Origin: Amphiscolops sp. MND2022
Lineage: Eukaryota
Direction: 5' to 3'
Assembly: GCA_964187785.1 (NCBI GenBank)
Contig: OZ076413.1
Location: 42,348,001-42,412,000 of the forward strand
Length of the DNA stretch: 64,000 nt
Both the position numbers and the translations under genes were made by a program. The notes under the pieces are model-generated. The model did not search any database. It was not told where the DNA came from and saw only the letters and a list, made by a program, of their open reading frames with translations. Shown here one piece after another: positions 25,835-38,650 of the stretch. Positions within the stretch are counted from its first letter, which is position 1, and each line of letters begins with the position of its first letter.

Positions 25835-28800
25835 GAGTTTCGACATCAACAAAATTGAAAACTCCCTGGAGAACTCTACTGACAAAGCCCAAACTTTGAG
25901 GTATTGGAATGCAGCTGACGAGCACGTTAAGACTGTCAAAGAAATTGATGAGAACCTACCTAGCAATGTTGACAACAAACAGATAGCAGAGTTACTGTTA
26001 CGACGAACTTGAACGGCTCATCAAGGCAGTCGAAAGTGCATTCAAAGTCAAGTACCAACCGGGGATACCCGAAATGTTCACAGCATTGAACAAAGCAATG
26101 CAGAGCCTATTGGTTGAGTCGCAGCAGCAAAACTTTAGCATGGGAAGGGTGAAAATACTGATGTCAGCATTGCAAGATGAAAATCAATTAGTAAACTATT
26201 TGGATCTTGAAGAAGAGAAAGGTGCTATTGATGAAAGAATGGGTAGCAACGAAAAGTTGCGGGATGACTCAATTACCAACGAAGAAGATTTTGTACCAGC
26301 ATGTCAGGAATTGCTCCAGAAAAGGTCTGATATGAAAACAAAAATTGAAGCTCTGCTAAAGTCAGGAGACGAGGGAGCCATTCTGCGAAGTCTTGAAGAC
26401 GCTGAACGAAGACTTGCAGACGCTCGTGCAAACTCCGCAGCAGACTAATCCAGTATCCAAACCACAAAAGGAACTGGAACCAGACGACGAGCAAAAAGCT
26501 CTCGAAGCTCACGGCGCGGATGAAAGCCAAGAGCAAAGAAATGGGGCTAGATCCCTGCAAATAAAAGAATTGAGCATACATTCGCAAGGTGACAAAACCA
26601 AAAGCAACAAAACTTCTGAGTTCTCAAAAACGTCAAGTGTGAGACGAATTCTCGATTTGGAGCTAAAAGCTCTGAGAGAGCAAGAAGACCTGCAAGCCCG
26701 CCCAGATGAACTGAGACGTGAAGCAAAAAAATTGACATAGCTGGCTTGCAAGAAAAGATGGCTGGCTTGCAAGAGGAGATGGCCCGCAAAACAAAAATAG
26801 CCGAAAAAAAATAAAATGAGCGAAATTGTCGAGGAGTTGTGGGTCTAGTTTCCGAAGTATCTCTGGTCGGTACTCCAGATGACAATCTGACGAAAGTCTC
26901 AGGATGGGTGGACCAGACAGAAGAAGCTGAAAACCTGGCACCGTCTCAGCAGCAGTGATTACAGTACGATCAACTCACGGAGGACAATGCTCCGCGCAAG
27001 TGAGGGACTTGAAACCCTCAGTGCAACTGACCATATCCACAGAAGCCGCTAAACGAGGTATTGGAATTTACAGAACAAAGACTGTCATAGGTGCTGGCAG
27101 TCAAATAGCAACAGCATAACCACAGGTGAAATTCGGCACATGGAAGCCGTCAATGACCCTTATGGCAGTCCAAATTTGGGTACCGTCTACGAAAGGAGGC
27201 AACCCAAGTAGTGCAATTCAAGTACCACAGTTCGTGAACACGCAGATGCAGTGTTTGCCAAGTCAAGGGCCAAGCTTTGCCTTAAATGCAAGAGATGATT
27301 ACTTCATCAGTTCTAGCTTGCCAAAAATAAAGCTGTCAGAGTTTTCCAGTGACCCCTTAGAGTGGCCAGAGTGGTCGCAACTATTCCAAGCAACTGTCCA
27401 CGCAGTCAACATGGACGACAGTGTTAAGATAAATCACCTGAAAACCATGGTCACAGGCAAGGTCAAGGAAGCGATTGCTGGCATGGTATACACCGCTGAG
27501 ATGTACAATGTGGCATGGAACGTTCTAGTTCGAAACGTTGGAAAACCTCAATTGGTTGTGAATGCACAACTGAAGAAAATTTAATCATTTCCACCTATGA
27601 AACATGACGGAGGGCCTCATTGATCAAGTATGCAAGAATATCGTTCTGTCACAATTCAACTACGTGGGAGACCTAAACTCAGAAGGAGTTCTGGGAAGCG
27701 CCACAAGGACGTTAATACTGGACATGAAAACGAAGTGGCTCACTTATGTCAAACAAATGAACCTGTATCAACCTGGACTTGCTGTGTTCAGTGAATGACT
27801 CAACGATATGGCAGAAGTGCAAGATGAACTGCTTCTGTCTTCAAACCCGAATGCTGATCGCGCGAAGTCGAGCTACAAAGAACAGACCAAAGGCTCCACG
27901 TTCGCCACATCAGCCACAAACACAGCAAACGACAATTCGAAGAACCAGAGAGAGTGTGTGTTGAAAGACGGCAAACATCCAATATAGAATTGTGAGAAAT
28001 TCAAGAAAACGAACGTCGAAGAAAGAGGACAAAAAGCAAAAGATTTGAGACCGTTCTTCAAATGTTTGTCCGACGCACACCAGATGAGGGACTGCTCTGG
28101 TAGACTCTGCGATGTTTGTGGTTGCGGAAAACCTCATCACAGATTTCTACACAGACCATACAAGAACGTGGACCAAAAACAAAATGTTGAAAATGTCGAT
28201 GAGGTCTCTAACCTGTCCTCAATGAGAAACAGTGGAGTGCTTCCAGTCATTCCATTAACGACAGCAGGTGGGAGCAAAACTCTGAAAACGTTCGCTTTGT
28301 GCGCCACTGGAGCTAGTTTGTCGTTTGTGGACGAGAGTCTGATGAAAACGCTAAATCTGACAGGACAACCAGTGGATTTGAATGTTGCAGGGATTCATGG
28401 AACGTCAGATATCAGTAGCAAAAGATTTCGAGTCAAGATTGGTGATCAAGACGTAAAAGTAAATGAAAACATCACTGTCAATAGTCATCCCAAAGTAAAC
28501 GCGGGAAACTGAACGTACAACATCAAGAAATTGAACGAAACATACCCTCACCTGTCAGTTGTCAGTTTTGAAAGACTCTACCGTCAACTTGGAAGTTGTC
28601 AAAGTCTTTTTGGGCCAAGATTGTTATCACCTGCACAGATCAACAGATTGTAGAAAGTGTGGAAACGCAAAGCCGTGGGCAGTGTGAACGAAGCTGGGAT
28701 GGATGCTCAGTGGACCCCTGCCACAACAAGAGACTGCAAAGCTTGGTTGCTACAGAAGTGGACCCATTAGCGGATCAAGTTAAAACTTGGTGGAGCATGG

Positions 28801-31800
28801 AATCGTATGCTTCCAAATGCAGTGTATCAGGAAGGCCCAAGGAGGATCTCGAAATGCTAAAAGCAACCACGAAGTTCGATTGAGATCATTTGCTAAACAA
28901 TTACAGTTCAGCAGTGCGTCAATTGAAGTCTCTCACGCGCCGATTCAAAAAGGATATGAAATTGAGACAACGCTACCAAGAGACTGTTGATGTGGACGTG
29001 AAAAAAGGATTTGTGAGAGTTCTGGATGCAACAGACCTTGAAAATACTAAAACAGACCTTCAGTGGTACGTTCCACATCTTCCTGTTTTGAACCCGAACA
29101 AGCAGGACGAAGTGAGACGAGTATACAATGCTGCCTCAAAGGTCGGAGGTGTTTTACCTAATGATATTTTTATGGCCGGTCCAGAACTTCTACAATCACT
29201 GATAGGAATTATCTTCAGATTCACAGAGAAGCAAATTGCCTTGACCGCAGACTTTGTAGCGATGTTTCTCCAAGTGAAACTGCCCACTGCTGATTGCTAA
29301 GTACTGAGATTTTTGTGGAGAGAAAACAACACTGAACATATCTCTGTTTATGAATATGGAAGACACATTTATGGAGCTAAGCGTTCGCCAACATATGTGA
29401 ACTGTGCTTTGCAACAAGTCGGATGAGACTGCAAAGATGACAATGGGATGGTTGCAAAGTTGTTAAACAGAAACTTCTATATAGACAATTTGGTGAAATC
29501 AGTGGCTTCAGAGGAAGAAGCTGTTATAGTGTACAAAAGCTAGCGAAAGTCTTTAGCTGATGATGGATTCCAACTAACGAAATGGATTTGCAACCTCGAG
29601 AAAGTAATGGAAAAAATATCTCCAGAAGACACATAAGGCGCGCTGAGTGAGAAATGCGACATAAGGCACCGTCTGTCTTGGGATTCCAATGGAATGTAAA
29701 GTCTGACAGTCTTGAGATCTGCCGCGGTATGGGAAAAGAAGTGCCTGTCAAGGTCACTCAGCGAGCAGTTTTATCCCAAGTATCCTCTGTGTTTGACCAG
29801 TTAGGATTGTTTTCCCCTTTCACAGTGGGGACGAGATTGTTGCTCAAAGGAAGTTGGAAAAATCGTGGGCAATAGTGGGACGAACAAGTTTCTCCAGAAG
29901 ACGAGATAGCTTTCAAGGATAGGGCATCTGAGTTGAGTCACATGAATGAGATGACTCTCAAAAGAATTTATTTATCGAAAATTGCTAAAGTAGTGGACTT
30001 GAATAATCTCGTTGTTGCATCCTTGGACGCTATGTGCATAGTAGCGTACTTTTGAGATCAACGGACAGGATAGCTTGCCTATGTAGTAAAGAAATGCCGA
30101 GGAGCGCCAATGAAGCAACAATCAATTCCCCGACTAGAGGTACAAGCAGCCATGTATGGGACTCGATTGAAACAGCTGATCGTAGACGAACACGACGTTG
30201 AAATTGAACGAACTTTCTTTTGGACGGATTCGACAACAGTTTAACGATGGTTGCATAGAGCTGACAAGAAACAACCGGTGGTTGAGGCAAACAGAGTTGG
30301 TGAATTTCTTGACAACCCAATCATTGATCAATGGAGACATGTCGAAGGAACCTTAAACCCTGCCCACATTGGAACAAGAAGAAAACCTGTTTTCGAGCTG
30401 GAAAGGAGCGAATGGTTCACAGGGTCGGCATGGCTTGGAGCGAAAGAAGATGCTTGGCCACAAACTTCAAATCAGTTGTTTCAACAAAAAACAGAAGACA
30501 GAACAAGTCTTTGAAGTAGTGTCGCAAAAACATAGGTTGGGAGGAGTTCGGTTTTTTCAGAAGAATGACACGAATCTTCGCCTACTGCCTTCGGTTCCGA
30601 TCAAAAATCAAAGGAAAAGTAGTCATGACAGAAGAATTGCAGCAAGTGATCTAAATGCTACGGAAGAGCAAAATGGAAAGCTTTGGTCCAACGTATCAAT
30701 CATTTTCCGCAGGTAAACTCATGCTTGCATCTAATCACTTGAACAAACTATTACCGTTTATGGACGATCGGAACCTAATGCGATTAAAAAGACAACTACG
30801 TCATGTTGACGCAAGTTATGAAATGAAACATCCAATTTTGCTATCTGCGAAGCATCCGATAGTGAGAAAATTGATAGAGGATGCTCATGAAAGTAACTTC
30901 CATGAAGGAACGAAGTATGTCCGCAGCACTTTGCAGCAAAATTACTGGATAATTGGACTTCGAAACGCGCTCAGAATTGTGAAAAGTGTTAAGTGGAGAA
31001 AACAACAAGTTGGATGAGTTCAACCTCTCATGGCAGACCTGCCTAAAGAAAGATAGGAAGAAAGAGTTTTTCCTTTTGCCAACACTGGAGTAGATTACTT
31101 TGGACCATTCGAAGTGAGATTCATGAGGAAATCAAAGAAACGATGGTGTTGTCTAATCACATGTTTGACAAAAACAGCTGTGCATGTTGAAGTTGTGCCC
31201 AGCGTGGAAGCCGACGCATGTGTTTATGGATCCAATTTTGTGCGCGCAGTTGGAGAAATGCGAGAATGGATAGAATTTTGGAATCAATCAGATATTGAGC
31301 AGTCTATGTCGCAAAAGCCAATAAAATGGCTGTTCAACCCCCGAGGTGCGCCGCATTTCAGAGGTGTTCCGGACGAATGGTCAGAAGCTGCAAGAAAGCT
31401 ATAATGGCAATAGTGAGAAACAGAGAACTGACAGATGATGTACTATCCACAACCATGTGTCTAGTCGAGCCGATACTGAATTCGAGTCCTCTGACTAGTA
31501 CTAGTATCAGTGACGATCCTGAAGATTTGGAAGCTTTGACTCCAAATCACTTCTTGCTAGGACGTGCGAGTCCAGCAACTCCATTCATACCTGACGCTCA
31601 GCGTTATACAGATTTGCGAAGGGTATTCAGAGTATCACAAGCATATGCTGATATGATCTGGAGCACATGAAACCGAGAATATTTACCACAATGGAATGAG
31701 AGATGAAAATGGAATAAAGAAGAAGTTAGATAATTGGAAGTCAATGACTTGGTTTGGGTAGTGGATGAGAATGTAAAAAGAGCTCACTAAAAGTTGGCTA

Positions 31801-31915
31801 GAGTGTTGGAAGTCTATGATGGAAGCGATGGGCGAGTGAGATCAGCCTTGGTGAAAACGGAAGATTGATAACTCAAAAAACGAGTGATGAAACTGACACC
31901 CTTTAACTACGAAAG
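25835..31915 (+). pseudogene. BEL/Pao gag-pol pseudogene
   Basis: DUF1759-like LPKIKLSEFSSDPLEW, three Cys/His knuckles (27957-28152), protease ALCATGAS, RT WYVPHLPV..ALTADF..NFYIDN, RNase H FFWTDS, and integrase GVDYFGPF..LTPNHFLLG. Many stops. Confidence 0.95.
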
Positions 31916-31944
31916 TGTTTTCGGGGGAAAAACAGGGCCGGAAA

Positions 31945-32842
31945 AGTTGGCGCCAGTCAATTGCAAGACAAGAATCTGAATTTTCAACTTTATCAAGGTT
32001 TCAGTTGGAAAATTCACATGTTTTACCAGAAACAGGGCATCCCGAAAATGGGCCAACCCCCCCTCCCTCTTTGAGAAGCCCTTGTCCAATCACCCTGAAA
32101 CTTAGCATCTGTATACTAGAAGTGCTAATTCAACTTTTGACTCGAAACACCCAACCCAGTATTGACCCTGGGTTCCGAACAATTACCACGCTACGTGACC
32201 TAAGTCGGACACCATGAAAACCCAATTTTGATACAGAAAATATTATACGATTTTCTCATATGACCTTGACGGAAAGGTAACTCTGTTGAAATTAATGATA
32301 TTCACATTGTGTAAACATACTTTCTAGCTTAACCAACATTCTAAAACCACCACATAGTTCGTTTACTTAGTCAATAACTTCATTTTATGCTTTAAATGTC
32401 TTTTATTTATACTTACTTATATTTGCTTATGTTTACTGAAGAATTGTGAACCAGATTTATACCATTAGTAGAAAGAGATTTTTACGACTGAGTAGCTATA
32501 GTCAAGATGGGTCTCAGGGCCACGAGACTATTTAGGTTTCCACATCTACAACTTTTCGCTAGAATCAGAGCGAAAAAGTGGCACTCTCATAGTTGGAGAG
32601 CCGGAGCGCGTAAAGATACAACAGAGCGGGAATTTTGTGCCGGATCACAACGTCTCCAATTCAGTGTTAAGCGAGATTGCAGGAAATTCCACGGGTCACA
32701 TCAGACACACCAGCCAAAAGATACAATCCTTTAGAACGAGAAAACCAGGAATTGTTTAGTGACCGTCCACAGCACTAAGCAACGGATCAGGGGGGTGGGT
32801 AAAGCTTGTCAAGCATCAGCGCATGATAAGGGCAAGCAGCCA
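31945..32842 (+). repeat. BEL/Pao 3' LTR
   Basis: Direct repeat of 24651-25480. Confidence 0.9.
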
Positions 32843-34621
32843 TTTCAAGTTGTTTTGCCTCTTGTGGGGATAAGATAGTGCATTCTGCTATTGAGAGTAA
32901 ATGGGGTTGGTGAGGTATTGGTGACTGGGACTTCGATTTTGGAGTTCAGAACTGTTGAGATAGAGCTGGCTACGGCATTTTGGTTGTCGCCTGAGTACTG
33001 TTTTGTCGAGTGGTTGTATTGGTCAGAGTACGTAGATTGATTCCTGCTTCGATAGTAACGCATTGGTCCGGCATGATGGTAAATTGATTTCAGATGGTCA
33101 CTTTGTGGTTCCTGAAGACTGTTTCGTTGTCATCTGCTGAGATGGCGTAGGTCAGGTGCGGAAATGTAGTAGGGCCTGACTAACGTCTAGGAAGGCGCTA
33201 TTAATTTGGAAAAAGGTTAGCCCGAGGATGGGTCCTGTTATTTTCGTGGCTACAATGAAGGTTTATTTGAAAGTCCAGTCGCCTAGCTCAAACTGTAGTC
33301 GGACAGTTTTGGTGGGTGCTTCGATGTTGCCATTTGCGACCTGTAGTTTGAAGGTTCGTGGGCCCATCTCTTTAACTATTTTATCTGAGCTGACTGATTT
33401 GATTTTCGAATTCACTCTCTGGAAGAGAATTAACGAGTTCTTCCGAATCTATGAGTGCGTCCATAGATAGGTTGTTAAAGTCCATTGAGACAAACAGCAT
33501 TTTCCTCTTCTTCTTCCTCAGGTTAATGGCTGGAGAGATCGCTATGCATTGTTCGCTTGTGGTTGGGTTTGTTATGGCACATTTATTTAGTGGCTGATTG
33601 GTGTGGAGCCAATCGCAACCTTTTTCATCGTCTGCTAAATTCAAAAGTTGGATTGTTTGGTTGGCACTTGTATTATCTTGGTGGGTTTTAGATTGGGCTT
33701 TATGGTCCAATTCACACGTGAGAACTCGTTTGATTCGACGGGTGTGTGGCTTGGTCAGTATTGCATGCGATTCAAGTTGGTCCCCTGCTTCATTGTTGTT
33801 GGCTAGGGTATTTTGAGAGTATATGTGTTCGGGACTCTCTGGGCTGGATGGGGACGACGTCATGGCTGCCCAAATCGCATTCGTTGTGGCAGGGACTTTC
33901 GAGGGTGACTGGAAACTAGTCATTGGTGGATTGTGGTTGGTTTCGAGAATTGGTCTAATATTCTCTGGTGGCGGAGTTACAAGTACTGTTATTTCGGTGT
34001 CGTGTTCTTCATCAGCCTGTTGTACGGGAGCATGACTTGTGTCGTCTGTGGGTCTTCCTGTCGTGCAGAGCTTCATGTTAGTTCTTCTGGCGAATTCCTG
34101 GAAAGGCACGTTTATAGTTTGTGTAAAGATGAGTTGATCAGCGTCTTAGATCGAAGGGTAGTGATACCGGTCACAGTCAAAGTCAGGGTAGTAAATGTAG
34201 GCCTCTGGGGTAGTGCTGGGTAGGAGTGGGTGTCTAGTGGAGTTGTAGAGGGTGGGGGTTTGAACATACCAGTCTGGGTAGGGAAGTTTGTCCAATGTAT
34301 TCTTAATAATTTTGATGAGTCGTCGGATGAGCCATCGCCGCTGCCAGTCGGTCGATGGTTCCCTGAACACTCCATGAACATTTCTTTATCGAAGTCCTTC
34401 GGGGGTTCAGATGTGGCGTAATTTCTGAAGTCAGCATAATCCATGAAATGGAGACGTCGCTTTAGAAGTTTTTTGGCAGGGTAGCTTTTTGTAGCATATA
34501 GGGATTCCAATAATATGTCGATTACATCATCGGAGTGCCTCTGGTTTGGAGGCGGCAGGTTTGAAGATCGGGGATGGGAATTATTATTGGAAGTCGGTTC
34601 ATTATTGACTCCTGTCACCAT
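32843..34621 (-). pseudogene. Gypsy gag-region remnant and aspartic protease
   Basis: Begins MVTG at the LTR/PBS junction. Contains DALIDS (~33445-33465), LQVANG and GPILG motifs. No capsid or zinc-knuckle motif was recognised. Confidence 0.8.
34608..34620 (-). promoter_or_regulatory. Primer-binding site, tRNA-Leu-like
   Basis: TGGTGACAGGAGT directly after the LTR-terminal CA; one mismatch to the common Leu PBS TGGTGTCAGGAGT. Confidence 0.65.
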
Positions 34622-35548
34622 GTGAAGTCCCTCACTCTAGGTTATACCTTCAGCTTCACAATTCCTCGAAGTCGAGGCTGTGTTTTCGAATTGGAATTTG
34701 CTCACTCCGACGTCCAAGTTATGTGGATTCTTATCAGATAAGAAATCAATCTTGAAGAAAGTTCTTCTATCATCTCAAATATTTCCTTCTGATTGGACTC
34801 AGTTTCCTTAAGCCTCCTACAAACGGACGTTTCGACACTTTCAGAAATTTCAAAGAAATCCCTATCAGTTATACTGGGCGCGTTTTCTGACATTAGACAT
34901 GCGGCTTCTGGCTCTTCCTCTGAGCTTGCGGGGGAATCTCTCCTTGCTTTCCTTTTCGATGCCTTTTCTGGCTATTTGAGTTTTTAGCTTTGGACAGTCT
35001 GCGAGTTTTCTTTGGTATCTTCCAGTGAAAAAATGAAAAAATTTGGCGATATCCAAGATTTTATTGACTGAAATTTGAAGTGAAACAACAAATGTTTTGC
35101 AAAATTACTATTATTTCAACTGAATAAACTGAGCTACTTTATCGTATTTATACTTATTACCAGCCAAATTGAGGAAACAAGGCAAATAACCTTCACGCTC
35201 GTTCAGCCCCGCGTCTATTCAAGGCGGAGAAACCGGAAGTTGAGTTCAGCTTTGTCAAACTCAGACTCTCAGATTGTTCATGCTTCCCGAGGAAAGTAAG
35301 CGTCAACTTCCTGTCTGAGTTGCGACTCCGCTTCCCTTCGCCTTCAATTCCCGCCTTTCAAAGACGCCGAAGCTGAACTCAGAATTAAAGAGAGGAAATT
35401 AGTCCTCAATCACGCCCAGAGGACGAAAAAGCGAAACAAGACAATGACATTCGCATTGTAGAAAATAGATGTTTCCCAAATTAACACAATCAACTCAAAA
35501 TAATGCGCAAAATAAATGATTATGTGAAATACAACTGTAAATTGGCCT
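34621..35548 (-). repeat. Gypsy 5' LTR (shared segment; may extend to 36566)
   Basis: Direct repeat of 15388-16315, ending in CACA immediately before the PBS. Confidence 0.9.
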
Positions 35549-36566
35549 TTAAGTTCTCTCATAGAACATTGGCAGCGTCATTTGATCGGAAGCTAAAAAT
35601 CGCGGCCCCAGGCCATAGTGTAGGATATTCAAAAGTTCAAACAAAGTTTACATGAAAACATGGTTAAACATCAGCAACTGGTATATTACGTGAAAGGACA
35701 TGGAATTAAACAAACTGCTTAGCACATTGATTAGCCTGTTTGGCTAGTAGATCAATCAGGGCAAAACTCACAACACGTTAGTATTCATTGAGTTACACTG
35801 AGAGAGGAGGGAAAACTCGGGCCCAGGCCACTGTCTGGACGTTTAATTATTTAACATTTATATGTGACGGAATTACACTGCAAATTACATGTAATCAACT
35901 GTAGGCACTTCATTGACAGCAAAATTGAGAAATGTTTCCATTAACTGTATGATGTTCAAATTTCATTAGCGCAATCCATCTTTCTAACTGATTTTACTAT
36001 CTCTTTGGCCTTGGACAGGTCATGGGCCACATTACCTGTTAATCATCATTCGAAAGCATTTAAAGTATATATTTAATACTTACATGTATTGAATCATACT
36101 AAACCATCGTTTTAATCATTTCATCAGTTTATATGTAAGTAACATTAACGTGTTTAGCATTGAATTAGAGTAAACAAATATTCTGAGCTGAGGCCGCGCA
36201 TCAGGCCGGCCTCCCGCATCATTCATTTGAGACCAGCTGCCAGGCCGCGGTTCTTTAATTCTATTTCTGAAACCGTTCGCCAGGCCGTGTGTTACTATTT
36301 ATATAACACCGTATTAAATACTATTTACTGCGTGGTGATTCCACGTTGGTTATTGTAGAGTACTTATGTCTTTATATTAGTATACACATTTTATAATGAA
36401 CCTCTATTTAATTATTTTTCTAATTTTAATTTAGGTTGTTAATCAGATTGTGTAGTTGTTTTTGGCGTTGTCTCATTGATTGTTCTTTCTTTCTATTTCC
36501 CGCTTTCTTCTCCATAGACTGGGTACTTCTTGCTGCAGGACTCTCAGCTGATCTGGGGCTGTGACA

Positions 36567-37500
36567 GAAACAATCCTCAATTCTTTTTCTTTCAAACATT
36601 CTTGAAACTAATGCTGCCACCTTAGTTGACTATTTTAAAAGGCGTCGATTAAACCTCAAAGAGAGTAAAACTGAATTCATTGTTTTCTGTAAAAGATCTA
36701 AAAACATTTCTACAAAAAACTTAACATTTCGTGTTAGAAATCATATCACAAAACATTCTTCGTTTGTGAAATACATTGGAATATACTTAGGTTAAAATTT
36801 GACATATGAGTATGAAGTGAAAAATATTTTAAAGAAAATGGCGTGGCATTAAATCTTTATACTCAGTGAAATCGTTTCTACCAGATAAAACATGTCTAAT
36901 GCTACTCAACTCTCTTGTTATTAGCCATATACATTATCCAGCATTATTACTTAATGGAATTTCGCAAAATTTAATTACAACTCTAGAGAAACAACTAAAT
37001 TGGGGTGTGAAAGCTTGCTTCAACCAAAGGAAGTATGATTCCTCTAGTGATCTAAAAATAAAGCACAATATTTTTCCGATCAGAATTCTTTTAGATCTAA
37101 AAGCAGTCACCTACTTCTGGAAATATCAGAATACTTTACTACCTGCTTTTAAGAGCTCAAATAAAATAACAACTGCTCTGATAAAAACACAGTCACGGAC
37201 AAAGGAAATTAGTTGCGGTTGTCAAGCAAAAAGTGCTTTCATGAAAAATAGTTTCTTCATGAGAATTATACCCTTGTGGAACAGCCTACCACTAATGTTA
37301 TTCAAGGAAAAATATTCTATCAAAACTATTAAAAGTAAACTGAAACGATACTTTATTGGTATAATAGCCCATGAAATAGAGCATCCAGAATATAGGAAGA
37401 AGTGTTGGAGAGATTATCGATTTTAATGTTACACCAACTTATCATTATGTACTTTCATTTTAACATTAACTTGTTTTTTTTAGTCTTGTACACTGCCTTT
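36567..37500 (+). mobile_element. 5'-truncated CR1/L2-type LINE (RT C-terminus)
   Basis: LNLKESKTEFIVF and VKYIGIYL motifs, plus ORF 36866-37426 with SLVISHIHY and SFFMRIIPLWNSLP. Confidence 0.85.
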
Positions 37501-38356
37501 AATAATTCAACGATAGCGTTTTATTTGAAAAGGAAATTCAGTGGTTTTTTTAAAATATATTTGTCAAACCTTGAAATGGAGGACCCTTTCAAACGTTTTA
37601 CTTAGCAAAATTTTTGGCGCATTGAAAAGAAACGACGAAACGATACCAAAACTGTTGTGTTTTATTTCATGAAGCACTGGTTAAAAGGTGACAGAAGTTC
37701 CGAAGTTGTTCGATTTGATCTTTCAACTTCTTCCGTGATATTGATTCGAATATAACGTCACTAATTCGTATTTTGTTTCAAAAAAAGTGGCGCAGCTCAA
37801 TGGAAAGATACAAACGTTCTGAAATGGAGAGATACATACGTCTTGGAAAGATTTTTTCAAACTAGGATGCAACGTCACAACTTTCAAAAGCATCAACATC
37901 TCTTTTTTATCTCCATGATCTTTTCAGTGTAGGTTGTTCTGACCTGTAAACTCGAAGGTGTGAAGAGTTCAAAGGCTTTTGTGTTTATACTACCTTTTAA
38001 AAATGCTAAGTAAATTTCTTGAAATTCAATCGTATTTTTCAACTAAGTTATCGTACAGCTTGGCATGAATAAGCCCTTTCATATGAGAACAATACAAAGC
38101 AGTGCTTTCATCGCGCATTTTGATGTACAGTGTAGATAGAAATTGTATGTTTTTATCTTTGAGCGTAATTAGAGAAAGGTGGATACCAGTCAAGAGTTTG
38201 CAACCTATAAGTGGATCCATTCCGTAACGTGTATAAAACGTATCACAATCGTTAACCAAAATTCAGTTTTTGAGTAATTAGAAAAAATCCATTCCAAAAA
38301 CAAACGAGGAAAGAAGTCAAAATTTGAAACTGTGTGTTAAAAATCAGAAAAAATAC

Positions 38357-38650
38357 CTGTTCATTTGCTTTGTAAGCAATGCCTCCATGAGCATTTGGTA
38401 CTTCCACTGGCCTCCTTTTGACCTCTTGATACTTGTGGCCATTGTCCTTTGAAATTTCCCTTTCGCCCCATTCACCCCATTGCATGTCAACACGCTTTCG
38501 GTTGATTTTGGAGTCTCCTTTCCAATTGTCGTCCTGTATGTTAACGTTGATCTCGCTTTCTCTACATACAGGGTAGACATGTTTTTCCATGCCGACGTGA
38601 ACGCAGTTCTCATCGGTTGTCAGAATGTAATAGCCTTTAGCAGCGATAAA
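38357..38650 (-). CDS. Upstream exon of a putative PAN/Apple + C-type lectin gene
   Basis: Open frame KGYYILTTDENCVHVGMEKHVYPVC...KRVDMQWGEW...AHGGIAYKANEQ ends at a phase-0 donor CAG|GTATT (38357/38356). The 5' boundary is unclear. Confidence 0.6.

Larger units (their letters stand above)
24651..32842 (+). mobile_element. Full-length decayed BEL/Pao LTR retrotransposon inserted in the Gypsy pol
   Basis: LTRs 24651-~25486 and 31945-~32842, PBS-like TGGTCCGCCGACCCGG at 25489, and a purine-rich tract before 31945. The host frame resumes across it (..SPQEAKQLEM / LSENNYIFARH..). No clean TSD. Confidence 0.95.
15388..36566 (-). mobile_element. Decayed Ty3/Gypsy LTR retrotransposon carrying nested insertions
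   Basis: 928-bp direct repeats at 15388-16315 and 34621-35548, PBS TGGTGACAGGAGT at 34620, and domain order PR-RT-RH-INT. GAAAC at 15383-15387 and at 36567-36571 (the latter directly after ...GTGACA). The right boundary is less certain than the rest. Confidence 0.85.
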
